Below, piece by piece: positions 1 through 13,013 of a stretch of DNA of 64,000 bases. The position numbers were made by a program, and so were the translations under genes. Numbering within the stretch: position 1 is the first letter of the stretch; each line of letters starts with the position of its first letter. Below the pieces are notes generated by a model, which searched no databases, was not told the origin of the DNA, and saw nothing but the letters and a program-made list of their open reading frames with translations. Source of the DNA: Ginglymostoma cirratum. Taxonomy: Eukaryota. Location: NCBI GenBank assembly GCA_024137785.1, contig JAHRHZ010000030.1, positions 7,568,288 to 7,632,287 on the forward strand, written 5' to 3'.

Positions 1-332
1 CAAGCGTATGCCATTGCATTATGTACAGCTAGAAACCGTACATGAAGGGCTGAATAAAATGGAAAGAACGGGTGTTAAAAAGGTCAAGAGGAGTGCATGG
101 GTCATATCCATTGTAGAAATTCAGAAAGCAGGTGGCTTTGTTGCAATTTGTAAAGATTGTAAGCAACCCTTAAGACATTTGTCCACTACCTTCCAGTGGG
201 ACAGTTGTTTTCAAATTTACCCAGTGCAGTACAATGAATTTATCAAATGCATACTTGTAATTAAAATTAACTGACGAGTGCAAGGAATTGTTTGCCATGA
301 GTAGATATAAAATAGGATGTACGGGTCTAAAA
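1..332 (+). mobile_element. Decayed Ty3/Gypsy LTR retrotransposon pol fragment (RT N-terminal part), interrupted by the PLE
   Basis: ORF 8..274 (ETVHEGLNKMERTGVKKVKRSAWVISIVEIQKAGGFVAICKDCK) is a degenerate form of the Gypsy RT motif KVEAELDRLEKEGII.PV..SEWATPIV.V.K.DGSVRICGDYK. Confidence 0.7.
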
Positions 333-1080
333 GAGATAACAAGGTGTAGAGCTGGATGAACACAGCAGGCCAAGCAGCATCATGGGAGCAGGAAAGCTTG
401 ATGTTTCGGGCCTAGACCCCGCTTTCAGAAATGGGGGAGGGGAAGGGGTTCTGAAACAAATAGGGAGAGAAGGGAGGCGGGTAGAAGATGGATAGAGGAG
501 AAGATAGGTGGAGAGGAGACAGACAAGTCAAAGAGGAGGGGATGGAGCCAGTAAAGGTGAGTGCAGGTGGGGAGGATGGACAGGTCAAGGGGGTGGGATG
601 AGGTTAGTAGGTAGGAAATGGGGGTGTGGCTTGAGGTGGGAGGAGGGGATAGGTGAGAACAAGAACAGGTTAGGGAGGCGGGGATGAGCTGGGCTGGTTT
701 TGGGATGTGGTTGGGGGAGGGGAGATTTTGAAGCTTGTGAAATCCACATTGATACCATTGGGCTGTAGGGTTCCCAGGCTGAATATGATTTGCTGTTCCT
801 GCAGCCTTCGGGTGGCATCGTTGTGGCACTGCAGGAGGCCCAGGATGGACATGTCGTCTGAGGAATGGGAGGGGGAGTTGAAATGGTTCGCGACTGGGAG
901 GCGCAGTTGTTTATTGCAAACCGAGCGCAGGTGGTCTGCAAAGCGGTCCCCAAGCCTGCGCTTGGTTTCCCTGATGTAGAGGAGGCCACAACGGGTACAG
1001 CGGATGCAGTATACCACATCTGCTTGATGTGGAAAGTCTTCTTGGCACTTGGGATGAGGGTGAGGGAGGATGCGTGGGGA
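333..1080 (-). repeat. Inverted copy of the PLE 3' end (GIY-YIG C-terminus, 3' UTR, hammerhead region); reverse complement of ~3160-3940
   Basis: Minus ORFs 585..1091 and 670..1266 repeat the peptides of plus ORFs near 3149-3744; this copy lacks the terminal ~33 nt tail found at 3941-3973. Confidence 0.93.
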
Positions 1081-2969
1081 TGCTGCTTCACCCATCACTG
1101 AAGTAGGCGCAACTCCGTCCACTGACGCAACCCCACCCACTGCTGACGCCAGCGCAACTCCACCCACAGCCGACACTGACGCTGACATCGCTCCGCCCAC
1201 CACCTCCACAGCCAGCAGCTCCAGAGGAGACAGCAACACTGAGCCCTGCCAAGTCTTCACCATCACCTCCCCCCTACTGAGGACAAACGGTCAGTCCTCA
1301 GTAAGGGGCTCACCTTTGTCCCCCTCCACCCACATATCAACGAATACCGGTCATGTTTGGACATTGGACATTGAGCAGTTTTTCCGTTGCCTTTGCCTCC
1401 GCCTCCACGCTTACGACTTCAACCGTGAACCTAACCCTCCCTCTGCTGACCCCTTCTCCCACCGCCAACACAAGCCGCCCTCCTGGACACCACCCCAAGG
1501 CCTCCTACCCTCCCTCGATCTCTTCATTTCCAACTGCCGTCAAGACATCAATCGCCTCAACCTGTCCACCCCTCTCACCCACTCCAGCCTCTTGCCTGCA
1601 GAACGTGCAGCCCTCCGCTCCAATCCCAACCTCACCCTACAATCCACGGACAAGGAAGGCGCAGTTGTAGTATAGCGCACTGACCTCTACATCGCTGAGG
1701 CCAGGCGCCATCTCTCCGACACCACCACCTACCACCCCCTGGATCATGACCCCACCCCCGAGCACCAAACCATCCACAACCTCATCACCTCAGGTGACCT
1801 CCCACCTACAGCCTCCAACCTCATTGTTTCCCAACCCCGCACTGCGCGCTTCTATCTCCTTCCCAAAATCCACAAACCTGACTGACCTGGTTGACCCATT
1901 GTCTCTGCCTGTTCCTGCCCCACCCGAACTTATCTCCACCTATCTCGACTCCATTTTCTCCACCTTGGTCCAGGAACTCCCTACCTACGTCCGTGACGCC
2001 ACCCACTTCCTCCAGAACTTCCAATTCCCCGGTCCCCAACACCTCATTTTTACTATGGACGTCTAGTCCCTATACACCTGCGTTCCCCATGCAGATGTCC
2101 TAAAGGCCCTCCGCTGCTTCCTGTCCCGCAGGCCTGACCAGTCCCCCTCCACTGACACCCTCATCTGCTTAGCTGAACTCGTCCTCACCCTCAACAACTT
2201 TTCTTTCAATTCCTCCCACTTCCTACAGACAAAGGGGGTGGCCATGGGTACCCGCATGGGCCCAAGCTATGCCTGCCTCTTTGTAGGTTACGTGGAACAA
2301 TCCCTCTTCCGTACCTACACTGGCCCTAAACCCCACCTCTTTCCCCCGTTACATTGATGACTGTATCGATGCCACCTTGTGCTTCCACGAGGAGCTTGGA
2401 CAGTTCATCCACTTCACCAACACCTTCCACCCCAACCTGAAGTTCACCTGGACCATCTCTAACACCTCTCTCACCTTTCTGGACCGCTGTCTCCATCTCC
2501 GGGCAACGACCTAGAAACCGATATCCACTTCAAGCCCACAGACTCCCACGGCTACATCGAATACACCTCCTCCCACCCACCTTCCTGCAAAAATGCCATC
2601 CCCTATTCCCAATTCCTTCGCCTCTGCCGCATCTGCTCCCTGGATGAGGCATTCCACCCCCATACATCACAGATGTCTTCGTTCTTCAAGGACTGCAACT
2701 CTTCGCCTCCCCCCCCCCACCTCACGCGCCCCCCCCCCCCCCCCGCAGTGGTCAAGAACTCCCTCGACCGTGTCTCCCGCATTTCCTGCAACTCGTCCCT
2801 CACACCCCGTCCCCGTAATAACAACCAAAAAAGAATCCCCCTCGTCCTTCACGTACCACCCCACCAACTGCCGGATCCAACACATCATCCTTCGACACTT
2901 CCGCCATCTGCAATCCGACCCCACCACCAAAGACATTTTTCCCTCCCCACCCTTGTCTGCTTTAGGGAC

Positions 2970-3075
2970 CGCTCTCTCTCGCGCTCTCTCTCGCGCTCTC
3001 TCTCGCGCTCTCTCTCGCNNNNNNNNNNGCGCTCTCTCTCGCGCTCTCTCTCGCGCTCTCTCTCGCGCTCTCTCT
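2970..3075. repeat. 12-nt tandem repeat (CGCTCTCTCTCG)n inside the PLE ORF, spanning a 10-N gap (3019-3028)
   Basis: Directly visible. Confidence 0.9.
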
Positions 3076-3845
3076 GTGACTCCCTTGTCCGCTCCACAGA
3101 CCCCTCCAGCCCCACCACACGTGGCACTTTTCCCTGCAACCGCAGGAAGTGCTACACCTGCCCCCACACCACCTCCCTCACCCCCCCATCCCAGGCCCCA
3201 AGAAGACTTTCCACATCAAGCAAATGTGGTATACTGCATCCGCTGTACCCGTTGTGGCCTCCTCTACATCGGGGAAACCAAGCGCAGGCTTGGGGACTGC
3301 TTTGCAGACCACCTGCGCTCGGTTCACAATAAACAACTGTGCCTCCCAGTCGTGAACCATTTCAACTCCCCTCCCATTCCTCAGTTGACGTGTCCATCCT
3401 GGGCCTCCTGCAGTGCCACAACGATGCCACCTGAAGGCTGCAGGAACAGCCAATCATATTCAGCCTGGGAACCCTGCAGCCCAATGGCATCAATGTGGAT
3501 TTCACAAGCTTCAAAATCTCCCCTCCCACTACCGCATCCCAAAACCAGCCCAGCTCGTACCCGCCTCCCTAACCTGTTCTTCCTCTCACCTATCCCCTCC
3601 CCCCACCTCAAGCCGCACCCCATTTCCTACCTACTAACCGCATCCCGCCCCCTTGACCTGTCCGTTCTTCCATGGACTGACCTATCTCCTCCCTACGTCC
3701 CCACCTGCACTCACCTTTACTGGCTCCATCCCCGCCTCTTTTGACTTGTCTGTCTCCTCTCCACCTATCTTCTCCTCTATCCATCTTCTATCAGCCTCCC
3801 CCTCTCTCCCTATTTATTTCAGAACCCCCTTCCCCTCCCCCATTT

Positions 3846-3873
3846 CTGATGAAGGGTCTAGGCCCGGAACATC
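3846..3873 (+). ncRNA. Degenerate minimal type I hammerhead ribozyme motif in the PLE 3' terminal repeat
   Basis: CTGATGA-A-GGGT-CTAG-GCCC-GGAA-CA-TC; GAAA box mutated to GGAA, so probably inactive. Confidence 0.65.
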
Positions 3874-3973
3874 AAGCTTTCCTGCTCCTCTGATACTGCT
3901 TGCCCTGCTGTGTTCATCCAGCTCTACACCTTGTTATCTCGGATTCTCCAGCATCTGCAGTTCCTATTACCTC

Positions 3974-5000
3974 TACCGGTCTAAAAGATTAACATTTGTC
4001 ACTTCTGCTCCTGTGCTGTTCTACAGCACCATGGGTCAGCTGCTAAGCTGATGAGAGGAGTGTGCTGCTTCTGAGATGATATTCTAATTGGAGTCAGTCA
4101 GAGAAAGAGCTCATTAATTTACACAAAGTTGGAGGATTACTTTTCAATATGCTATTAAATCTAAAACTCACAAGTGATGTCATGTCATACATACACAGTT
4201 TGCTGAATAGATGGTGAAGGTATCCACCGCTACAGGAGAAAGTTAAGGGGATTTTGAAAGCTAAGAGATCATGGGGGGAAAAAAACCCAGAAGTTGCTGT
4301 GTATTATTTGAAGATCATCCCTAACTAAAACCACTCGTTTGCTTCACTGTGTCACCTGCTCAAAGATGGACCAGTCTGTGGAGTTTCAAGCATTTGAAGA
4401 AATGAAGGAACTGCAGAATAGTGATGCAGTTTTTTCGCATAATGATCTGGAGAAACAATTAGTTTTGGCGTGTGGTATCTTGCCATGCGGTGGTGAGTTG
4501 GGGTGGTGTTATTTCACATTGGGCACTAGCCAATGTGGTTTAATGAGTCACAGCAAAACTACTTGCAGGTTGAGACAGAGGCATTAACATTCACAGGGTA
4601 ATATAAAGATCCACAGAGATTTATACAGTAGCAAGTTCTCTTTGTTAACTGATCACCAAACCCTTATGATCATATTTGGTTTAAAATGAGTCTCATAACT
4701 TGTGGCAGCACTGTCGCAGAGCCAGGTGTTGATTTTTGATGGTTCATTAGTACACTATTGATTGTAGAAAGTCAGCAGGCCACATTGAAGTGGGCATTCT
4801 TTTAAGATTTCAAGACTGAATCATTTCTAGCACTGACTTGCCTGTGAAATTACTTTAAGTACAAATTACATGTTGATATCTATTGGAGAAGATAATGAAG
4901 AAACTTTCAAAAATGTGGTGTTCCATAAAGTGCTCAAGTTATCTAATGTATGGTGATGAGAAATTGCAGGAGCATGTCTGGTGTCTTCAAACAAGTTAAA
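3974..5000 (+). mobile_element. Continuation of the decayed Ty3/Gypsy pol (RT C-terminus and RNase H); right boundary approximate
   Basis: DLEKQLVLAC near 4444 (cf. DP.K.LVLACDAS) and LYSSKFSLLTDHQTLMIIFG near 4620-4680 (cf. LYGRKFTLVTDHKPL..IFG). Confidence 0.7.
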
Positions 5001-5454
5001 GAATCATTATTCTGGTTAGGTTTAGAGAGATTCTGGGAGAAACTTCAGGGAACTTAAGTTATGTCTTTTTAAACCTATTAGTATTAAGGAAAAACTGTTT
5101 TTAACATAACTTATTCTAGCATTATTGTTTTAGAACTAATTACAGTAGAAACAAATACAACTGTTAAATTTCAGATATTGATATTTCAAGCATAATTGAC
5201 AAGCATGTGCCCCATTTCACAAACATTTTAGTGTAAAAATTGTTCTTTTAGTACAGAAGCTATGTAGTGTATTGCAAGATCTGAGCCTTGTCTTATATTG
5301 CCCCTCTTTCCTTTCTCCTCTACTGTGAAGGTGTAAACTTCTATAATAGTTCCTGTGGGTCTGCATGTTAATGTTACTTGAATGCATGCAAGCTGTCATG
5401 TGTCTATGTAAAGACCGGACTTTTCTCACCCGGTTAGTCCAGTTTTGCCCATGA

Positions 5455-5640
<186 letters not shown>

Positions 5641-5852
5641 TGAAAGCTTCTAATTAACTTATGGGAAATACACAGGTGCAAATAGATCAAATGGTTTCTT
5701 GAATCAGTTTTTCTGTAATTTGTAATTTGCAGGTAACAAACTAGAAACATTATGCCTGTTTATTTGTTTTCTATTGTGTCTTGAAATTGCTTTTAAAATG
5801 AAGATCAAGTTTAAACCGAAAATAATTTCCCTGAATCTTAAATTTTCTTTGA

Positions 5853-6011
<159 letters not shown>

Positions 6012-7489
6012 TAAATTGAAGACTTATGCTTGATGAAATTGGTCTGTTCACTGAGCGTTCCAAATTCATTCCCAAAAGTGAATTAAAGCCTTTTCTGAAG
6101 TTGTTAAGCCAATGTTACTATAACTGCCAGACCATCAGTTCGACAATCTGGATTTCCAATTTATTTGTACTACAAATGCAAACAAAATAGTTCCAAAATT
6201 TGGATAAATTACATAATGATTAGTTGTTTAATTCTGTTAATGGGCATGGTTTATTTCATGGATTTTGTTCTGGAAAAAAATCTTTGAAGAACATGTGAAC
6301 AGCAATTTTCAAGACGAATCAAGTTATAGGACACTATTTAATGTCTACTTCATGGCAAGTTTGTGGTGATGGGACATTTTCTCAGGCAAGATGGTGGCAG
6401 GAGGAGACTTTGCTGCCTTCCTATCTCTGCCCCAATTAAACCCATGACCAGAGGGCTTGTGGACAGCCTTCCTTACTGCTGCCACTAGTCTCTGCCTTGT
6501 GGTGCAGGGGCAACGTACTATGTGGGAAACCTGAAAAGCAAATATTTTTTGGGATGGGGCAGAGCAAGTGCAAACCTCCCCCTGACCCTTTCCTCTGGAA
6601 CCATCTCCTGCCATTACTCACCTGTGGCCTGGGGTCTTAGTGATCCTTAGTGAATATCTAGCAGCAGGAGCCACCTCCCCAGTGATGCTGCTGTGCAACA
6701 AAGTTGCTGGCATATCGTTTTTCAGCTGCCACAATTTGCACCCTGGTGTCCTTGATTCCAGAGAAGGGTTCGTTGCTGCCCAATTTAAGTGCCTGCTTGG
6801 TAAAGGAGACTCTCCTCACCAAAACTAAATTTTACCAATAGCAAGGTGACTTTTTAATACAGTTGTGGTAAACACTTGCATCTGCTTTGGTGATAGCATT
6901 TAATTAGCTGTTGAGTCAGAACTACACTGAAGTCAGCATGAAGTGTGCATTTGTGTGGGTTTGTACATTTTCCCAATCTTCATTTCAAATCTGACTGCTG
7001 ATTCTGTATGTGCATTTTGAATGTTGTTGATGTGCTTTCGCAGCCAAAGGTTTGAAATGAATTCCCCAACAAATTTGAAAACGTCTTCCATATGAGATTA
7101 ATGAAATTCATTGACTTTTCTGTGCAGAAGCTGAGTGCCTCTGATGTTGCTAATGTTGAATGTATTGTTATGTTTGCCAGCCGCCCCACTGAGTAGAAAT
7201 CTGTACTCTTAAGTTCACTGGCTTGTGCCTACTTAGATATCAAGTGAGAAGAATTTTGCTTTATTATATAGGAACATTTTGAACTTTGGGAGAAGATTCT
7301 AAATGTATTGAAGTAGCCAATAACTTCCACTAGTTGAACATAATTGGTTTACTGTATATTTAACAGTATGCTGCTTGCTTCAAATAAGAATGATATTCAA
7401 ATAAATGCTGGATTTTAGAGTGTGGATCAAGGATTTCTCTATAAAACTTGAAAGTTGCACAAATTCATTCAATCAAAAGCGTGAATGTT

Positions 7490-8200
7490 GTCGAAAATGA
7501 AAGCCTGTGTTTATATAATACTTTTAACTTAATGCAGTATCCCGAAGTGCTTTATCAGAGCATCATCACAATATATGACAACAGGCCAGAACAGAGATAT
7601 TAGTCTGATTGCTAAATGCTCGATCAAAGTTACAGGTTTCGAAGTGTCTCCTACAGCAAGGAAATGAGATTGTGAAGCAGAGACGTGTAGGGAGGTTAAG
7701 GCTTAGGTAATTAGAGGTAAAACCACCAATGGTGAGGTAATTATCATTAGAGGTGCACAAGAGCCCAGAGTTGGTGGTGATAGTCAAATGTATCTGATGA
7801 TCTTGCTGGAGAAGATTAGAGTTGGAAGGGACATAGACATGAAAAATTTGAAGATGAGAATAAGAACATGTTACATGATAGGGATACAATGTATGTTGAT
7901 AAGTACACACAGGTGGTAGGTGAAATGGGATTTAATGAGCAACAGAATTTCGGAAAACCTCCAGTATATCAAGACTAGAATATGAGACACCAGCTGGAAG
8001 TGTGTTGAATTGGTCAGGTCTAGAGGCAACAAAGCATAAATGAGGATTTCAGCAGCAGTTAAGCTAAGTCCAGTGATATTATAGAGTTTCAAAAAAGCAG
8101 TCTTAGCAATGACATAAATATGAAGTCAGAAGCTCACCTTGGAATCAGTATATGACTCTGAGGTGGATTAGCTTTATCTCCAAGGCTGATGAGAGAGATG
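7490..8200 (-). mobile_element. Old L2-like LINE fragment (boundaries approximate)
   Basis: Purine-rich degenerate sequence with the L2-type 3' end pattern tttatataatacttttaac...cccgaagtgcttta; recognised by eye only. Confidence 0.45.
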
Positions 8201-8389
8201 AAGTCAGTAGCAAGGGAGCGTTGCCAAACGTTGTACCAGGTAACAGCCCCACATAACCACCAGATTGCCACTGAACTGTCATATAGCAGCATGCTTGAAA
8301 AGCCATTGCATCCCCTGGTCACAACAGAACTACACCCTTCTGGTTGACGTAGGAGGCCCCTTGCCAGTCTCTAACTCCTCCATGTCAGG

Positions 8390-8665
8390 GCTTGACCAGT
8401 TGTGAACATGAGAGAACTGGAAATTTGAAACAAAGGATTGATGAAAAGTTTGAGTTTAGGCTGAAAGCTGGAAAGGGTAAACATTCAATTTACAGTATGT
8501 TGGCACAGGTGACAGACTCAGTCTTCCTCGGTCTGCAGCAAGGAATGCCCCACAAAAAGGCAGGCGTAGACAGAACCTATATGGGTACCTATAGCTGCAC
8601 CTTTCATTCCAACAAGTGAGTTGTGTTAAAGGAGAAATTGTTCAACATGAGGTTGAATATTCATG
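8390..8665 (-). mobile_element. Old PLE RT fragment
   Basis: Minus strand reads LMLNNFSFNTTHLL / MKGAAIGTHIGSVYACLFVG, homologous to the RT motif of the 333-3973 element. Confidence 0.7.
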
Positions 8666-10358
8666 TCAAGAAAGAGATGGTTTGGGTCAGGAATTTTGAA
8701 ATGGCTAAGACAAAAAGAGAAAGGAATTGAGTGAGATCGGATGATTGCAAATCCCAGTCGCTGCCCTGTTTTGTTGCCATTATCTTTGCATGTTTTTCTC
8801 TTGTCCTTTCTTTCTTAGGGTAACTGTTCATCATTCTGACATTCACACCTCTCTGAACTTGTCCAATTACTATTTCCTTTCCCCTCATCTGTTATTTCAT
8901 CTCTTCTGTGTACCATCCTTTCACACCCTTCGTTCTTTTGCTATGTTCTCAATTTCACTTTGTTTTGCTCATTCATGGCATGTAGGCAGTTGTAGCTGGG
9001 CCAGTATTTATTGCCGATCTCTAGTTACTCTTGGGAAGGTGAGCTGCCTTTTTAAACAGCTGCACTCCAGTTAGTAGATCCACAATGGGATTAGGGAGGG
9101 AATTCCAGGATTTTGAGCCAGCAATTTTGTAGGAAGAATGGTGTATTCCCAAATCTGGATGGTGAGTGGTTTGAAGGGGAACATGCAAGTTTCCATGTAT
9201 TTGCTGCCCTTTTCTAGATGGTAATGGTCATGGATTTGATAGATGCTGTCTTCAAGATCTTTGGTGAATTTCTTACTTATTTACTTCAGATATTTGCTTC
9301 AATTGTTACATTTCTAACCTTGCCCTGTTCTGATCAAAGGTTATTGCTGCACAGATGTTGAGTATTTCTAGTGTTATTTGTTTTGATCTTTTGCAATTTA
9401 TCATGCACTCCTTTATAACCTTTTAAGGAAAGGTCAAACAAGGTGCATGCCCCAGTTTTAAGAGTGTTTTGCAAATTGTTTAATATCTCTTCTTAATTTC
9501 TGCAGAACAGCTTGGTTGTATATGAATTTTTTTACTCATTTGAATTTGCAGTTTTATCGCTTTCATTAAAATGTTCTTTTCTGCAAACTTAAAGCTAACA
9601 CTGCATGTCAAAAACATCTTGGCTTTAAATAAAAGGACTATTAAATATGGCTCTAGTTGTAATAGATGCAAAATATCTACTTTAATGTGGGTAATTGCAT
9701 CATCTGATATGAAACGCATGTTTCAGAAGTTACTAGTTCCAGTTCCTCCTGTGCACTAAGGTAGTGGGTGACAGCGGATGATAGAGGATGAAAAATTTGG
9801 ATTGGTCTTCGTGCTTCTGGGCTATGAAGAACCCTAGACTATATGTATGATTGCTATTCAAAATCTCAATATTTACTTTGAGATAATAATTGAGCTCTGT
9901 TCTGACAGTTCCATAACCAGACAGCATCCTATCTAAGTTCACGTGTAGTGATTACTTGAGTGAATTTTAGGCTAATCTAGGTTCAGACCTGAGGAAGGGT
10001 AGAGGAGCGCATGGATTGGAAACGTTTCAAATGTAGACTTGCTGTGGTCTTTACTGACATCATAGCTTGTCTGTTTTGGTAAATTGCATGATCGTGTTGA
10101 AAGAAGTAAACCTAATAGACAAGTATATTGCTGGCATGACTTATTTAAATGTGCTCAGTTATACTGGCTTTTTAACTTGTGTGAGATAGTGAGAACTTTA
10201 TGTAGACACACATTAACATGCCTCAGAACAATTTGCAAAATTTGTAAAATTGCTCTGTGTAAATGAAAATCAAATGCTGCATGGGTAAGGATCAGCCTGA
10301 TTAATAGTTAAGAATGGCAAATTTAAATGCACAGGTAGGCTTTGAAAAATAGTGATAA

Positions 10359-10577
<219 letters not shown>

Positions 10578-12827
10578 TAAGTAATTTAGTTTATTTCTAA
10601 TGTTATGATACCAGCTAATGGTATTACTGAACAGGTCAGAGACTGAGATCTGCCATCATAGGTTTTTTTCTTAAATTTAATGAGATCGTCTTTCATTGGA
10701 ACTCAAGCATGCATTACTACAGATCTTGCATTAACAATTAAAGGGGACTTCATAATACAAAAGAAAAGGACTAGAATAAACCAGCTATTTAAATGTAATC
10801 TTTTGAAAGTTTTTAAAGTACGGTAAAATGAGATCCCTTTACAGTTCTGAAAAACCAATGAAAATTTCCTTCTGTATTGTCTCTATTTAACTAACCTATT
10901 GCTTTCAATTCCCAGTGTTGAATCTAATAGCTTCTTCCGTGCATATTTTCATAGCTAAGTTTAGATTTACTTAACTTCAGATAATCCTTTCAGGGTTCTA
11001 ACCAAACACTTCTGGTCCAGAACTTTCAAACTCGATCGTTACAGAGGTAACCTATTTCTAACTTTTCTGAACTAACCCCTTGCTCCAGAAGGACGGCGGT
11101 CATATATCTAGCTTCAACCAGGAGGTCTGTGAACTGTGCTAAAAGAGGGCTTCAAGCTATGGTTGTTTCGCAGAAGCAAAAAAAAAAACTCTTGATCCTC
11201 CTCATTGAAAGCAGGGTAATGTTCTTCAATGTTTATTCTGTCCACCTGTAAAACTCTTCAAATGCAAATAAATTCCCATTACCACTCCAGGGGCTATCTG
11301 TCTCATTCTGGTTTCACAACAAAACCATGAATCCAGAGAAATAATGGCTAGTTAATTAAATGAAATCACTCTCTCATATAGACACACAGAAACTCGCATG
11401 CCACTAGTTCAAAACCCAAACTCCTCTAAATCGCTCAACTTGCATCACAGTATTCAAATCCTTATAATTGAACCTTTGGCATTCAGGACCTGTATTAGAT
11501 GTGACATTCTGCCAATGCCTGTTTGCTCCTTCAAATAGATGTAAAACATTCTACAGCATCTTTGTTTTCCCTGATTTGACATATCGCTTAGATTATCTGC
11601 TAATTATCTCAGTACTGTTTGTGGGACCTTGCTACCAATTATATATTTGGACTGTTTCAATTTAATGTCTTGAGTCTGAATCATAGAATTAAAAACGTGG
11701 CATGATTCATTTCAAAAGCATTAACACTTGAGACTACAATGATCTCGGAAGTTTGATTGCCACTGAGAAAACCTTCACATTAATTGTTAGTTATGTTTGG
11801 ACAAGAGGATGAAGCAACTTAATAATGCTATTGGTTAATATTGATATAAATTTAATGTAAATTTATATTCAGTACAAGTGACATAGAAAGCATCATTCTT
11901 TGAGAAGTTTAAGTCATGACTTAAAATTAGCTCTTGTATGCTATAATTTATTCACCTCTAAAAGGAATTGCAATTTATATACGTATGTCAGATGTTGGCT
12001 GTTTTTTCATCAAAAACATCTATAACCATCAGTTAATCAGTTTATTGAATAGATTCCATTATTGATGGTTATTAATGTACAAGAAGGATGAGAACTTTTT
12101 TTATTGATACTTAGAAAAAAAAATGAAGTGATGGAGCATTGATGAAATATCTGCAATCATTCTTGAATAGATTTTAAACAAACTGAGCAATAATAAGATA
12201 CAAGTTTGATTAGTAAATTAAGCTATATTGCTCCATAGTGTAAGTTTTGCATTGTGAAGGTCAGCATTGCCAGATTCATGGTGCTCCCAATTTTCTCTCA
12301 TCAATATGACTTTGATTAAATTTCATGACATTGTTGAAATGACTTAATCACTGACATTTTGTGGTATTTTTAATGCTGCTCATGCAAAACCTATTGGCAC
12401 TTATACATTTGCGAATGGGGTTTGTTAAGATTGGATAGTAATCACAGTGATGGGAGTAATAGGCTGATGGATTAAAGGCACCATGGACTTTTCATTTTTT
12501 TAAAACACATTCAGGTTTTTGTGTTTTACCTTTTTCCATTTGTGCAGATATTTTCCCCTACCTGTTAAACCTTCCGTAGTTAGTCAGATGGGTTAAGCAA
12601 TAGATTTTTCCATGAATGTGAGTACATCTAAATTGTTAGGCAATGGCAAGTATAGCGAGGAATGTAGTGCAGTTACTCTTTGACTTACTGCATTCTTCTC
12701 TTGGACCTGGAATTGTCATTCATTAACAAAACCATCCAAAACAGACTGACGAAATTCTTTTCAGTGTTGGGAGACCATGGAAAATATGAATTTAAAGATG
12801 ATCATGATCTTGCTCTGTCAAGGTTGA

Positions 12828-13013
<186 letters not shown>

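Larger units (their letters stand above)
333..3973 (+). mobile_element. Penelope-like retroelement (Neptune-type), decayed, with inverted 5' pseudo-LTR
   Basis: RT motifs FTMDV*SLYT (~2049), GVAMGTRMGPSYACLFVG (~2235), RYIDD (2348); Cys linker CNRRKCYTC; GIY-YIG VVYCIRCTRCGLLYIGETKRRL; stops and frameshifts throughout; TSD tacgggtctaaaa 320-332 / taccggtctaaaa 3974-3986. Confidence 0.93.

Noticed and set aside
2593-3744. Longest ORF (383 aa) and overlapping RE/RS-rich ORFs as novel genes
   Set aside because: They are shifted frames of the decayed PLE plus the 12-mer repeat and an N gap
9989-10027. CTGAGGA...GAAACGTT hammerhead-like motif
   Set aside because: No convincing stem II between the boxes and no recognisable PLE flank
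10600-11450. Possible long solo LTRs (also ~16680-17990 and ~49500-51570)
   Set aside because: Only suggestive TG...CA ends and composition; I could not confirm TSDs or boundaries
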